Of a DNA stretch of 64,000 bases, positions 51,664 to 60,319 are shown one piece after another (the stretch's first letter is position 1; every line of letters begins with the position of its first letter). The stretch is from an uncultured virus (IMG/VR IMGVR_UViG_3300044845_000975) (Duplodnaviria; Heunggongvirae; Uroviricota; Caudoviricetes), in IMG/VR virus record IMGVR_UViG_3300044845_000975, one strand, 5' to 3'. Below the pieces are notes generated by a model, which was not told the origin of the DNA, ran no database searches, and worked only from the letters and a program-made list of their open reading frames with translations. Made by a program: the position numbers and the translations under genes.

Positions 51664-51893
51664 AGAAAACGGAGCAAAGCATTAATTAAACAATAAATAT
51701 TATGGTGAGTTTTATAATTCAAGCAATGCATCTTTTGTTTTGCTGGTGTTACACAGTGTTTATGAATTTATTATGGCATTTTAATATCGTAAATACTCAG
51801 TGCAAAAACAGAGCTTCGCGAAATTATCAAAGAGCCGCCGAATCTTTTGGCAAATGTTAGTTGACTAAATAGAAAAACTTGGTATCTTTTTAC

Positions 51894-52187
51894 ATGCAAA
51901 AGCTAAAACGCAACAATTGGAGCAACGACGAAATCGTTTATTTGGTTAACCAAATGAAACTAGAGGAAAACGCAAGTAAATTCTATGAAAGCGTAGAGAG
52001 TTATAATGAAGCGTTGAATGATGTCATGACATTATTCTTGGACTTTGAGCAACCCGTTACTGAATGGGGAGCACTTTCTTATGGCTTGGAAGACAAATTC
52101 ATCGTTCATACAGGCGGAGTGCCAGAAGAACATGAAGAGTATTTCCTCGCGGAGCGAGTAGATAACACTGCAAATATTTTAAATTAA
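51894..52187 (+). CDS. hypothetical protein
   Basis: Promoter TTGACT(51861)-N16-TATCTT, ATG 5 nt downstream. Confidence 0.65.
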   Translation: MQKLKRNNWSNDEIVYLVNQMKLEENASKFYESVESYNEALNDVMTLFLDFEQPVTEWGALSYGLEDKFIVHTGGVPEEHEEYFLAERVDNTANILN

Positions 52188-52205
52188 TTTAATTTACTTA
52201 ACAAA

Positions 52206-52697
52206 ATGAATAAAATGTATCTAGTATTAGGTGATTGGTCAGATGATGGCCATGGAAAGTATGACAAAGTGCTTGTTGAAAGCAACAAAAGTGTTGAAGA
52301 GATTCAGGATGCATACAAAGCATCTTGCAAGCTAACTGGTGTATCATTTAATCACAACGAAGATTTCACCGAGCGAAAAAGAAATTACAAAGAAAAACAA
52401 AAGTATCAGATTGCTACTGAATATGAACAAGGCTTTAATGTCTCTGATGAGGCCAAACAAGCACTGAGAGATGCTGGATTCGATGTAGAAAAGCATTTTG
52501 CTTATGGTATGGATGAAGATAATGACCAGATTGAAGATAATGATGTTATCTTTCTTTACCTCTGGACTGAGTTTGTCAAGCTGAGTTTACCTGATCTCAT
52601 TATTAACAAAATTCCAGAAGACGATAATATTCCAGTTATCAATGGTTACTGGGATAAAAATCTCAATGTGCAATTTGGTTACGGATTATATCATTAA
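52206..52697 (+). CDS. hypothetical phage protein
   Basis: GDWSDDGHG...FGYGL pattern. Confidence 0.7.
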   Translation: MNKMYLVLGDWSDDGHGKYDKVLVESNKSVEEIQDAYKASCKLTGVSFNHNEDFTERKRNYKEKQKYQIATEYEQGFNVSDEAKQALRDAGFDVEKHFAYGMDEDNDQIEDNDVIFLYLWTEFVKLSLPDLIINKIPEDDNIPVINGYWDKNLNVQFGYGLYH

Positions 52698-52738
52698 ATT
52701 TTACTTGACTTCATCAGGAACCTCTATACATTAACTAC

Positions 52739-53044
52739 ATGAAAAGAATCATTTTAGAAAAAGAAAAAGAAAAACAAACAATTGATTTGGCTGATGTTAA
52801 TTACATCGCATATCCACTTATAGGAGCGTGTCATAAATCTTCAAAAGAAAAAGCTTTTGTTGTTATGACTGATTACGAAAACCGTAATGCATACAAGCTA
52901 ATGTGTCTAGGTGGTTTTGAAAGAGGTAATAGTTATGATAGCAAAGAGTTTTCTGGTATATTGGAGAACATCTTTAAACATTGTGGGTATGATTTCTTTT
53001 TGTTTGATACACCCAAAGAACTCTTTGCTTGGTTAGCAGAATAA
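52739..53044 (+). CDS. hypothetical protein
   Basis: Promoter TTGACT(52705)-N16-TACATT, ATG 6 nt downstream. Confidence 0.7.
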   Translation: MKRIILEKEKEKQTIDLADVNYIAYPLIGACHKSSKEKAFVVMTDYENRNAYKLMCLGGFERGNSYDSKEFSGILENIFKHCGYDFFLFDTPKELFAWLAE

Positions 53045-53055
53045 AGAATAAAAAC

Positions 53056-53454
53056 ATGAAAAGAATCATTAACTTCATCAAAAGCCTTAAATTTATTTTC
53101 ATGCCTCATTACTGGATTATGCTAGGCAAGTATGACTCAGCATGGGATGCTAAACTCAATGAGTTGGCCAAAGAGCATAAGTTTAAATCTGAAGCTGTAA
53201 AACATAGTGACTGCATCTGCTATGCATCTTTGGGTGGTGTTCACATGTGGGTTGGCAGTTACCCTTACTCCTTTTTTGCAAAAGTTACCATAAAATCAAT
53301 ATTCACTATTAGTGATGTTGAACGTGTTGTTTTTTATGAGTATCAAGACAATTATACTCAATCTCGTCCAAGTCGTTTAACCATTCATAAACTCACTAAG
53401 AAATTACTTGCTGATTTGAACATGAAAGACGTTAACCTTAAAATTGAAAAATAA
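53056..53454 (+). CDS. hypothetical protein
   Basis: WV..YPY and RPSRLT motifs. Confidence 0.65.
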   Translation: MKRIINFIKSLKFIFMPHYWIMLGKYDSAWDAKLNELAKEHKFKSEAVKHSDCICYASLGGVHMWVGSYPYSFFAKVTIKSIFTISDVERVVFYEYQDNYTQSRPSRLTIHKLTKKLLADLNMKDVNLKIEK

Positions 53455-53455
53455 T

Positions 53456-53635
53456 ATGAGTGAACAACTATCTAGCTTGTTGGGTTTATTAGCTGTAATT
53501 ATTATAACTGTTTGTGCATTTATGGTTGCCGAACAACGAGATCAACTAAAAGCAGAAGCAGTAAAGCGTGGCTTTGCAGAGTGGATTGTAATAGGACAAA
53601 ATCAAACAGAATTCAAGTGGAAGGATAAACAATGA
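53456..53635 (+). CDS. small single-TM protein (paralog 1)
   Basis: TM helix then GFAEW...TEFKWK. Confidence 0.7.
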   Translation: MSEQLSSLLGLLAVIIITVCAFMVAEQRDQLKAEAVKRGFAEWIVIGQNQTEFKWKDKQ

Positions 53636-53814
53636 ACGACAATAACATTTTATTAGCAGTTATATTTGTATTTGGGTTAGTTTTTGGCTTTGTTTTTGGT
53701 TTTGCAATAACCTCTGATCATTGGCGACAAGAAATTATTAACAAAGGCTTCGCAGAGTGGCATCTTGTTGATGGAACAAGAGAAACAGAATTCAAATGGA
53801 AGGAAAAACAGTGA
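53632..53814 (+). CDS. small single-TM protein (paralog 2)
   Basis: TM helix then GFAEW...TEFKWK. Confidence 0.7.
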   Translation: MNDNNILLAVIFVFGLVFGFVFGFAITSDHWRQEIINKGFAEWHLVDGTRETEFKWKEKQ

Positions 53815-54485
53815 CGAAAACAATAATTATTATGCCATTTTTATTGGCGCTATGGTCTTTGGGAGAGCAATCAGTGTCAATCACTTACTCTCAAATCTTT
53901 GCCGACAAACAAATTGTCGTCACAGAAAAACTTAAGCTTTGGCAATCTTTAACTATTTTAACTAAAAAAGGATTCATTCGATATGAGTAAAAAATCAAAA
54001 TATAAAAAATCCCCGTATTATGGGCTTAGAGTAGCCACGAAAAAGGGTGAAACAGCAGTAGTTATTGCGGATTCTTTGTTTCCAAAGTTGAGAATCGTAC
54101 TGGATGGTTGTGAAACTGTCTTGCTTATTCACAAAGATGAATTGTATTTTCCCAATCACTCCGAAGGTTATAATCAAAAAGTTTTTACGCTATGCTCGAA
54201 GAATTAAGAACTTTTCTAGCTACTTGTGATAACTGCGGATACAGTCAGAAGTTTACATGCGACAAAGAACAGTACCCGCCCCTGTGGGGAAAAGCTATTC
54301 AGCAGCAGCACATTGGCTCTCGAATGGAAGAGTTGAGAGATGCGTTGTGCCCAGATTGCATTATTAATATTGTTTCTGGAAGCAGCGTAAAATATGCAAA
54401 ATCAACTGTTCATAAATATTAAATAACTAATAAACAAGAAGAGAATAACACTTGACAAAACATCTAAAGTAGATATAGTAACATC

Positions 54486-54875
54486 ATGAAAGAAACAATC
54501 GCTCAGTTCTTAAAGATCAAAGACTTTCCATTTACCATTAAAAATGAAAATGGAAATATAATCTATTACGAGGGTTCGAATGGATATTGGGAAAAAAGAG
54601 AATTTGATCTAAATGGAAATCGAATCTATTACGAGGGTTCAAATGGAGCTTGGGTCAAAAGAGAATTTGATCTAAATGGAAATCGAATCTATTTTGAAAA
54701 TTCAAAAGGAGTTTGGTATAAAAGAGAATACGATTCAGATGGAAATGTAATATATTGGGAAGATTCAAATGGACTTGTTAATGATAATCGTCCTAAGCCA
54801 GTTGTCGAAATGACTCTTCAACAAGTTGCAGACAAGCTAGGAGTGGATGTAAAGAGCATCAGGATTAAAGAATAA
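54486..54875 (+). CDS. beta-hairpin repeat protein (four 20-aa units)
   Basis: IY.E.SNG.W.KREFD.NGN units; promoter TTGACA(54452)-N16-TATAGT. Confidence 0.8.
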   Translation: MKETIAQFLKIKDFPFTIKNENGNIIYYEGSNGYWEKREFDLNGNRIYYEGSNGAWVKREFDLNGNRIYFENSKGVWYKREYDSDGNVIYWEDSNGLVNDNRPKPVVEMTLQQVADKLGVDVKSIRIKE

Positions 54876-54912
54876 CACTTGACTACATTAGGAAAGTCGA
54901 TATAATAATATT

Positions 54913-55239
54913 ATGAAACCAACCATCGCTCAATTTTTAAACATCAAAGACTTTCCATTCACCATCAAAGACAAGGATGGTATTCAAATCTATTATGAAT
55001 GCTCAGATGGATATTGGATTAAGCGCGAATACATTTCAAATGGAAAAGAAATCTATTGTGAAAATTCGCATGGATATTGGACTAAAAGAGAATTTGATCT
55101 AAATAAAAACATGATCTATTTTGAAGATTCAAATGGAACTATTTACGATAACCGTCCTAAACCAGTTGTCGAAATGACTCTCCAAGAGGTTGCAGACAAG
55201 CTTGGAATGGATGTAAAGAGCATTCGCATTAAAGAATAA
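54913..55239 (+). CDS. beta-hairpin repeat protein paralog (three units)
   Basis: Same N- and C-termini as the previous gene; promoter TTGACT(54879)-N16-TATAAT. Confidence 0.8.
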   Translation: MKPTIAQFLNIKDFPFTIKDKDGIQIYYECSDGYWIKREYISNGKEIYCENSHGYWTKREFDLNKNMIYFEDSNGTIYDNRPKPVVEMTLQEVADKLGMDVKSIRIKE

Positions 55240-55260
55240 AAAACAAGCTATAGTAATAGT

Positions 55261-55665
55261 ATGAATATCTACAATCTACTTGAAACACTGGACGAGTCTC
55301 GCATGGGAGGCTTTTATGATGTAGAAAATCTCGGCTATGAATTTGGTCTTAGTGGAGGCATTTGCTATGGCATGAGCATTGAAGATGACTTCAAAGAGTG
55401 TGAACACCGTGATGTAACTTGGATATGCACAGACACTTTAGTTGGCATTTTCTTTTTATTCCTGTATGATGAGTTTGTCGGTGTGCGCATTCAAACTGAA
55501 CGCAAGAGTGATAGCCATTTTTATTGGAAAGACCAAACCACATACAACAGAGTCAAAGAATGGTTCTGGAATGAATTTCAAAAACAAAATGAAACACTTA
55601 AACCTTCTTTTGTTGATTTTACACAAGACCTATCCGATTATAACAAACAATCAAGACAACAATGA
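55261..55665 (+). CDS. hypothetical protein
   Basis: WICTDT.VG...Q..RKS pattern. Confidence 0.7.
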   Translation: MNIYNLLETLDESRMGGFYDVENLGYEFGLSGGICYGMSIEDDFKECEHRDVTWICTDTLVGIFFLFLYDEFVGVRIQTERKSDSHFYWKDQTTYNRVKEWFWNEFQKQNETLKPSFVDFTQDLSDYNKQSRQQ

Positions 55666-55739
55666 AACTTGCCTCCATCGAAATTATCTCTGAAATTAAA
55701 CCCCATCCTAATGCTGACAAAATTGCCGCCAACACATGA
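55662..55739 (+). pseudogene. possible 5' remnant of a phage RNA ligase gene
   Basis: MKLASIEIISEIKPHPNADKI resembles the N-terminus of DRB0094-type RNA ligases; stops after 25 aa; ATGA-coupled to the upstream gene. Confidence 0.5.
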
Positions 55740-55971
55740 AATAGAAGCTGAATTAGAAATGTGGAGGGATGGTAATATCATGCATGAAAACCACAGAGAT
55801 CAGTTGGAAAAACTCGAACACGAACGAAACAAAATGCGTAATGCTTTAGAAAGCATCGAAGACCGCTTTGTTGATGGCGAAAATACTTATGACGATTGGT
55901 TATTCATGGGGACGACTGCACGAACAGTACTATACGAACTTAGAAATCACTTAAGATAATATAAACGATTT

Positions 55972-56439
55972 ATGACAACATCACAAACAAACAACGGCGG
56001 CTACGTTCACCCAACTCCAATGGTTGTCACACCTACAGGCGAGTTGATGCCAACCACTTGCTACGGTTCCTTTGGAGGTATGTCCCTTCGCGACTGGTTC
56101 GCAGGTCAAGCTATTGGTCACTTAGCTGCATACTCAATGCAAGACGGCTGGGCAAGGAGTGGCCCAGAATGGAGAGACGGAGCGGCGAGTGAGGCTTATA
56201 AATTCGCAGACGCAATGATCGAAGCAAGGGAGGAAATAAACGCAACCCTTTTTGATGAGGTAAAAAAACTGCAAGACATTAAACGCAAACATGAGGAGAA
56301 CGAGCTTCGCATGGCTCATGAAATTGACCAACTGCGTGCTGCGTTACTAGCAATGCACGAATTCTACCACTATAGTGAGTATAGTATTAGCGGATCACTA
56401 CTCAAGCAAGTGGAAGCTGCACTACAAATCGTTTCTTAA
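55972..56439 (+). CDS. hypothetical phage protein
   Basis: GMSLRDWFAGQA...AY..ADAM pattern. Confidence 0.75.
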   Translation: MTTSQTNNGGYVHPTPMVVTPTGELMPTTCYGSFGGMSLRDWFAGQAIGHLAAYSMQDGWARSGPEWRDGAASEAYKFADAMIEAREEINATLFDEVKKLQDIKRKHEENELRMAHEIDQLRAALLAMHEFYHYSEYSISGSLLKQVEAALQIVS

Positions 56440-56442
56440 AAT

Positions 56443-56775
56443 ATGAATAAAGAAAAACAGCAAATTAAAATCGCTGAGGCTGTTGGGTGGAAAAAATTAA
56501 AAGGCTTTTCAGATTCAGGATGGCCACTTCTTCTTACGCCCCCCGAAAAACCGAATAAAGAAGGGTATTTGGAAGCTATTCCAGATTACCTAAATGACCT
56601 CAACGCCGTTCATGAGTTGGAGCAATGGATGTTCCAGTCCTACGAGACGCTAGAAGGGGCTGAACGTCTTTCTCTTTACACAAAGCTCCTTTGCAAATTG
56701 GAGCATCCCCTTTTCGCCACCGCATCCCAACGTGCCGAAGCATTTCTTAAAACATTAAATCTTTGGGAAGAATAA
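56443..56775 (+). CDS. hypothetical phage protein
   Basis: IAE..GW, PDYLNDLNA, ATA.QRAEAFL pattern. Confidence 0.75.
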   Translation: MNKEKQQIKIAEAVGWKKLKGFSDSGWPLLLTPPEKPNKEGYLEAIPDYLNDLNAVHELEQWMFQSYETLEGAERLSLYTKLLCKLEHPLFATASQRAEAFLKTLNLWEE

Positions 56776-57394
56776 TAGAAAAACACTGATAATTCTTTTC
56801 TGTGCTAAAAACAGGGTATTTTCGCGGTTTTTTAATTGTTTCTAATTAATCACCAATGAATCGCGCCCCTGATGTTATTGTTAAAGTATGCTAATAACCA
56901 TTAGAAACTAATAAATTACTATGTTTAATAAATGCAAAACAACTATTTGTAAATTATCAAAACCGTTTTGAACTGGGAAAACGCTGATAAAAAAGCAGTT
57001 CACAAAGCGATTAGAGAAAAGCCTTTGGGAGAGGCTAGAGAAAGCTCAGGAGAAGCACTCCAAAAAGCAAATTTTAGTTTGAAATCTTGATTAAAATCTG
57101 GTTAAGAACAAGGGCGCTAGCCCTTGATTACCAACAACTTACACCAAGTACCTATTTACCAGAAAAAACAAGAAAAAAACAACAAGCAAAGAGGGAGTAA
57201 ATAGAATAAGAATAAAGAGTAATACTATATATAATAAGAATAATATAGTAGAATATAAAGAAAAAGAAGATAAAAGAGAAAATAAGGGGGATGAAAGCTT
57301 ATACAGCGAATTAAAAATGTTTTTATATTCAAAAATCACTTTTTTCCAAGAAAATCTTGACAGGAACGCTTTCATAGATTACTATTACACACGA

Positions 57395-57646
57395 ATGAAA
57401 AACAAAATCACACTAATTCCTTATTTGTTGGGGTTCAACGCATTAGCAGTAGTCTTTACGCTGCTTTGGATGGCAGTAATGTTCCCATATTATTTCTTTC
57501 GTGCAGTAAAAGGAGGCATTAAAGAAGCGTCTCGCCTCATTATAAACGAAAACAAAAGAGCCTACAAAGCGGCTTTCCACACTAGCCCAAAAAGACCCAA
57601 CGAACAAAAACAAACTGAAAATAAGATACCTGGGTGGCTGAATTAA
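57395..57646 (+). CDS. small membrane protein
   Basis: N-terminal hydrophobic helix; TTGACA at 57357 upstream. Confidence 0.6.
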   Translation: MKNKITLIPYLLGFNALAVVFTLLWMAVMFPYYFFRAVKGGIKEASRLIINENKRAYKAAFHTSPKRPNEQKQTENKIPGWLN

Positions 57647-57913
57647 TTAAAATTGACAACAAAAAATCCCAAGCTCACGTCTTGGGTTCCTAAAGGTTTT
57701 AGATTTAGTTTTTTCGATTAACAGAAAGATTCTTTTAATGAGGCGCGACTTCAAAGAGTCCATTTATTCAGGGTTCCCACCTGTTCCAATCAAAAGCTCC
57801 AATCAATGAATCAATAGTAGCTAAATAATGCGTATTTTTTATACTGAATAAGCAATCAGTCAACACAGTATATTACACTTATTTTTGCGGTTTTCTATTT
57901 TTTTCTACAAATT

Positions 57914-58666
57914 ATGAAACATTCTCAGCCAAATACAACAACTCAACCAAAGCGGTGCTCAACATACTTTTGCGGAAATGATGCGGTTTATACTCGCGGC
58001 GATCCTTACACGAAAAAATGCCAAACATGTTATGACAAGCGATTCGACAAGTCATCTCCAGCTTGGAGGCTAATAAATAATGAAGAGCAAAGCTCCAAAT
58101 ATGCAAATTTACAAACGACTAGCTTGCAAATAAAGCCTCAAGTAGTTTGGCTCTATGGTCTTTCGGGCAGCGGCAAAACAACACTCTCGCGAGCAGTTGC
58201 CGAGAAATTAAAAGCATTAAATATTCCTTGCTTAATCTTGGATGGTGATGAGCTAAGACAGGGAATCAGTAAAGACTTGGATTTTACCTTGCTTGATCGC
58301 TACAAAAATGTTCAACGAGCAGCAGAAATTGCGCGTTTAGCTTGCAGCCAAGGGTTAGTAGTATTGGTGGCCATGATTTCGCCAATGAATATTCACCGCC
58401 TTGAGGCGCAAAGAATAGTTTCGCCGCTACCATTCACAGAAATCTTTCTTGATTGCTCTCTTGAGAAAGCTATAGAGCGTGACGTTAAAGGTTTATATGC
58501 ACGGGCAAAAGCAGGAGAAATACCCCTTTTTACAGGATTAGATTCTCGCTTTGTTCCTCCAAGCTGTAATAAAAATACAATAAATACAGACTCAACAACA
58601 ATCCACGGCAGCATCCAAAAAGTTTTAAACATAATGAGCTTGACAAAAGCCCAAGACAGTGTATAA
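57914..58666 (+). CDS. cysC: adenylyl-sulfate (APS) kinase with N-terminal Cys-rich extension
   Basis: WLYGLSGSGKTT, LDGDELR, ISP...R, RDVKGLY...FTG.DS. Confidence 0.92.
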   Translation: MKHSQPNTTTQPKRCSTYFCGNDAVYTRGDPYTKKCQTCYDKRFDKSSPAWRLINNEEQSSKYANLQTTSLQIKPQVVWLYGLSGSGKTTLSRAVAEKLKALNIPCLILDGDELRQGISKDLDFTLLDRYKNVQRAAEIARLACSQGLVVLVAMISPMNIHRLEAQRIVSPLPFTEIFLDCSLEKAIERDVKGLYARAKAGEIPLFTGLDSRFVPPSCNKNTINTDSTTIHGSIQKVLNIMSLTKAQDSV

Positions 58667-58687
58667 TAAAGGGTAACTAATTTCAAC

Positions 58688-58763
58688 AGCGGTTGGCTAG
58701 GCTTGGTGGTCTGGCGAGTCTCATAAGCTTGCAAGCTGAGTTCGATTCTCAGAGCCGCATCCA
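58688..58763 (+). tRNA. trnM: tRNA-Met(CAU), unpaired 1:72 as in initiator tRNA
   Basis: Anticodon loop CTCATAA, T-arm CTGAG-TTCGATT-CTCAG, CCA end; promoter TTGACA(58640)-N16-TATAAT. Confidence 0.8.
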
Positions 58764-58799
58764 AATTTACGAACACGATTTTTCTTAATAAACAAAAAT

Positions 58800-59030
58800 A
58801 TGCAAATCATCTACAAAGAAAAACAGCAAAAGAAACTTGTTCTTGCTGACGTTAAAAAAGATCAATTTTTTGTTAATAATTGTGGCCGCTTGTGCCAAAA
58901 ATATAATCATGATTCTTATCATATTATTGCTGATGAAAATGGTGTTCCGTGTAGCGGAAGAATCGTTGATATGTCCCGCAACACTATAGTTACTCGCATT
59001 CTTCCAGAAGTAGAAAAAATTGAGTTCTAA
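58800..59030 (+). CDS. hypothetical protein between the 28-bp repeats
   Basis: 76-aa ORF; its stop codon overlaps the second repeat. Confidence 0.7.
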   Translation: MQIIYKEKQQKKLVLADVKKDQFFVNNCGRLCQKYNHDSYHIIADENGVPCSGRIVDMSRNTIVTRILPEVEKIEF

Positions 59031-59056
59031 TTTACGAACACGATTTTTCTTAATAA

Positions 59057-59132
59057 TCCCAAGTAGCTCAGTGGTAGATGCATTCGGCTGTTAACCGAAA
59101 TGTCGAAGGTTCGAATCCTTCCTTGGGAGCCA
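59057..59132 (+). tRNA. trnN: tRNA-Asn(GUU)
   Basis: TCCCAAG/CTTGGGA-G-CCA; TTCGG-CTGTTAA-CCGAA; GGTTCGAATCC. Confidence 0.95.
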
Positions 59133-59297
59133 ATTTACTAACGCGATTTTTCGTAATAATGAGCGACTTTTAAACAAATAAGTATTTACGCTCTGCGCCA
59201 GGAATAAAAAATCAATTAATAACATGAGAGCTTCATGTCACAAATTGCGCGAAAGAAAAGTCTTGACACTGATTAAATAATCAGTATATTCTTGGCC

Positions 59298-59531
59298 ATG
59301 AAGCAAACACACCCAAGAACAAATCTGTATCGCTTAAAAAGCAACCCAACTACAATCGTTATGCGGCTTGGTGATCATCAGCAAAAAGTGGTTTGGACTG
59401 ATACTATGGCCAAGTATGGCGTAAATGACGCTTGGATCATCGGCAGATTTATTCCTGATAATGCCGTCAAACTCACAAAAGAAGAGTCGCGAGAAATAAA
59501 AAACAAAATAAAAGCATTTCTAAAAAACTAA
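59298..59531 (+). CDS. hypothetical protein
   Basis: Promoter TTGACA(59263)-N16-TATATT, ATG 7 nt downstream. Confidence 0.7.
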   Translation: MKQTHPRTNLYRLKSNPTTIVMRLGDHQQKVVWTDTMAKYGVNDAWIIGRFIPDNAVKLTKEESREIKNKIKAFLKN

Positions 59532-59567
59532 TTTGACGCCGATTAAATAATCAGTATATTATCCGCC

Positions 59568-59756
59568 ATGAATAAAGAACTTAAAGAACTTAACGAACAA
59601 CACCGATTATTTGGTCTTTTTGTTTTGCGCGTATTAGAGCGCGAAGCAGAATGGAGCGCAGACATTGTGGATGAAATCTCTGATGCTGCAATGGATCTTT
59701 GTCTTGCATACACAGACAATGAAGGAAAATTCAAAGCCATCCTTGACAACAAATAA
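59568..59756 (+). CDS. small acidic protein
   Basis: Promoter TTGACG(59533)-N16-TATATT, ATG 7 nt downstream. Confidence 0.7.
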   Translation: MNKELKELNEQHRLFGLFVLRVLEREAEWSADIVDEISDAAMDLCLAYTDNEGKFKAILDNK

Positions 59757-59777
59757 ATAATCAGTATATTCTCTCCC

Positions 59778-59948
59778 ATGAACACACTATTTGAACTCAT
59801 CCCCCTCTTCAACGAATACTCTCACGAATGGGAGGTTCGCGAAACTGACGAAAACGATAATACGCTGGAAGTCTATGGCTTCGCCACAGAAGAAGAAGCA
59901 GAAAAGTTTGTTGATGCATGGATTCGTCGCGGAGAACTTTCGGCATAA
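59778..59948 (+). CDS. small acidic protein (56 aa, not in ORF track)
   Basis: Own promoter at 59743; paralog at 61599-61757 on the minus strand. Confidence 0.8.
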   Translation: MNTLFELIPLFNEYSHEWEVRETDENDNTLEVYGFATEEEAEKFVDAWIRRGELSA

Positions 59949-59989
59949 AATCCTTGACACTGAATAAAAAGTCCTTATATTATCTCACT

Positions 59990-60283
59990 ATGAATACCGA
60001 AACAAAACGCCGTGGCCGCCCATCAGGAGCTAAATCACTTGTTAACATCACGCTGAGGCAGCTTAATGAACTTTTTCCTCTTGATGCTTCTGTGCCAGTT
60101 GGCGCAATCTGGCTTCGCGAATACGGTGTGACCGTGAAATCCCACGCTCCCATTGTAGTGCATGAAGCAGAACCAGAGATTGAAGAAGAAGAAAAAATCC
60201 AATTCACCGTTACTCATTACAGCGGCGAAAATGAACAACTTCCTGATCCCCCTGATGAGATTTTTGTTGACATGAGCGAGTAA
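59990..60283 (+). CDS. hypothetical protein with AT-hook-like RRGRP
   Basis: Promoter TTGACA(59954)-N16-TATATT. Confidence 0.65.
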   Translation: MNTETKRRGRPSGAKSLVNITLRQLNELFPLDASVPVGAIWLREYGVTVKSHAPIVVHEAEPEIEEEEKIQFTVTHYSGENEQLPDPPDEIFVDMSE

Positions 60284-60319
60284 TCGCTTATAGTATCAGC
60301 CTTAACAAGAACCACCCTT

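Larger units (their letters stand above)
58764..59159 (+). repeat. three 28-bp direct repeats AATTTACGAACACGATTTTTCTTAATAA
   Basis: 58764-58791 and 59029-59056 identical; 59132-59159 matches 25/28; partial copy at 61446-61465. Confidence 0.9.

Noticed and set aside
51394..51705. 22-bp direct repeat AATTAAACAATAAATATyATGG before two start codons
   Set aside because: Short and AT-rich, and the second ORF is unconvincing; probably a duplicated initiation region.
36945..55239. Diversity-generating retroelement behind the YopX and repeat-gene variation
   Set aside because: No reverse transcriptase and no template/variable pair differing only at adenines.
57139..57375. Minus-strand hydrophobic 78-aa ORF
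   Set aside because: Its composition simply reflects the A-rich tract on the plus strand; I found no promoter or motif support.
58764..59159. CRISPR array from the 28-bp repeats
   Set aside because: Intervals are 237 and 75 nt and consist of an ORF and a tRNA; no cas genes are present.
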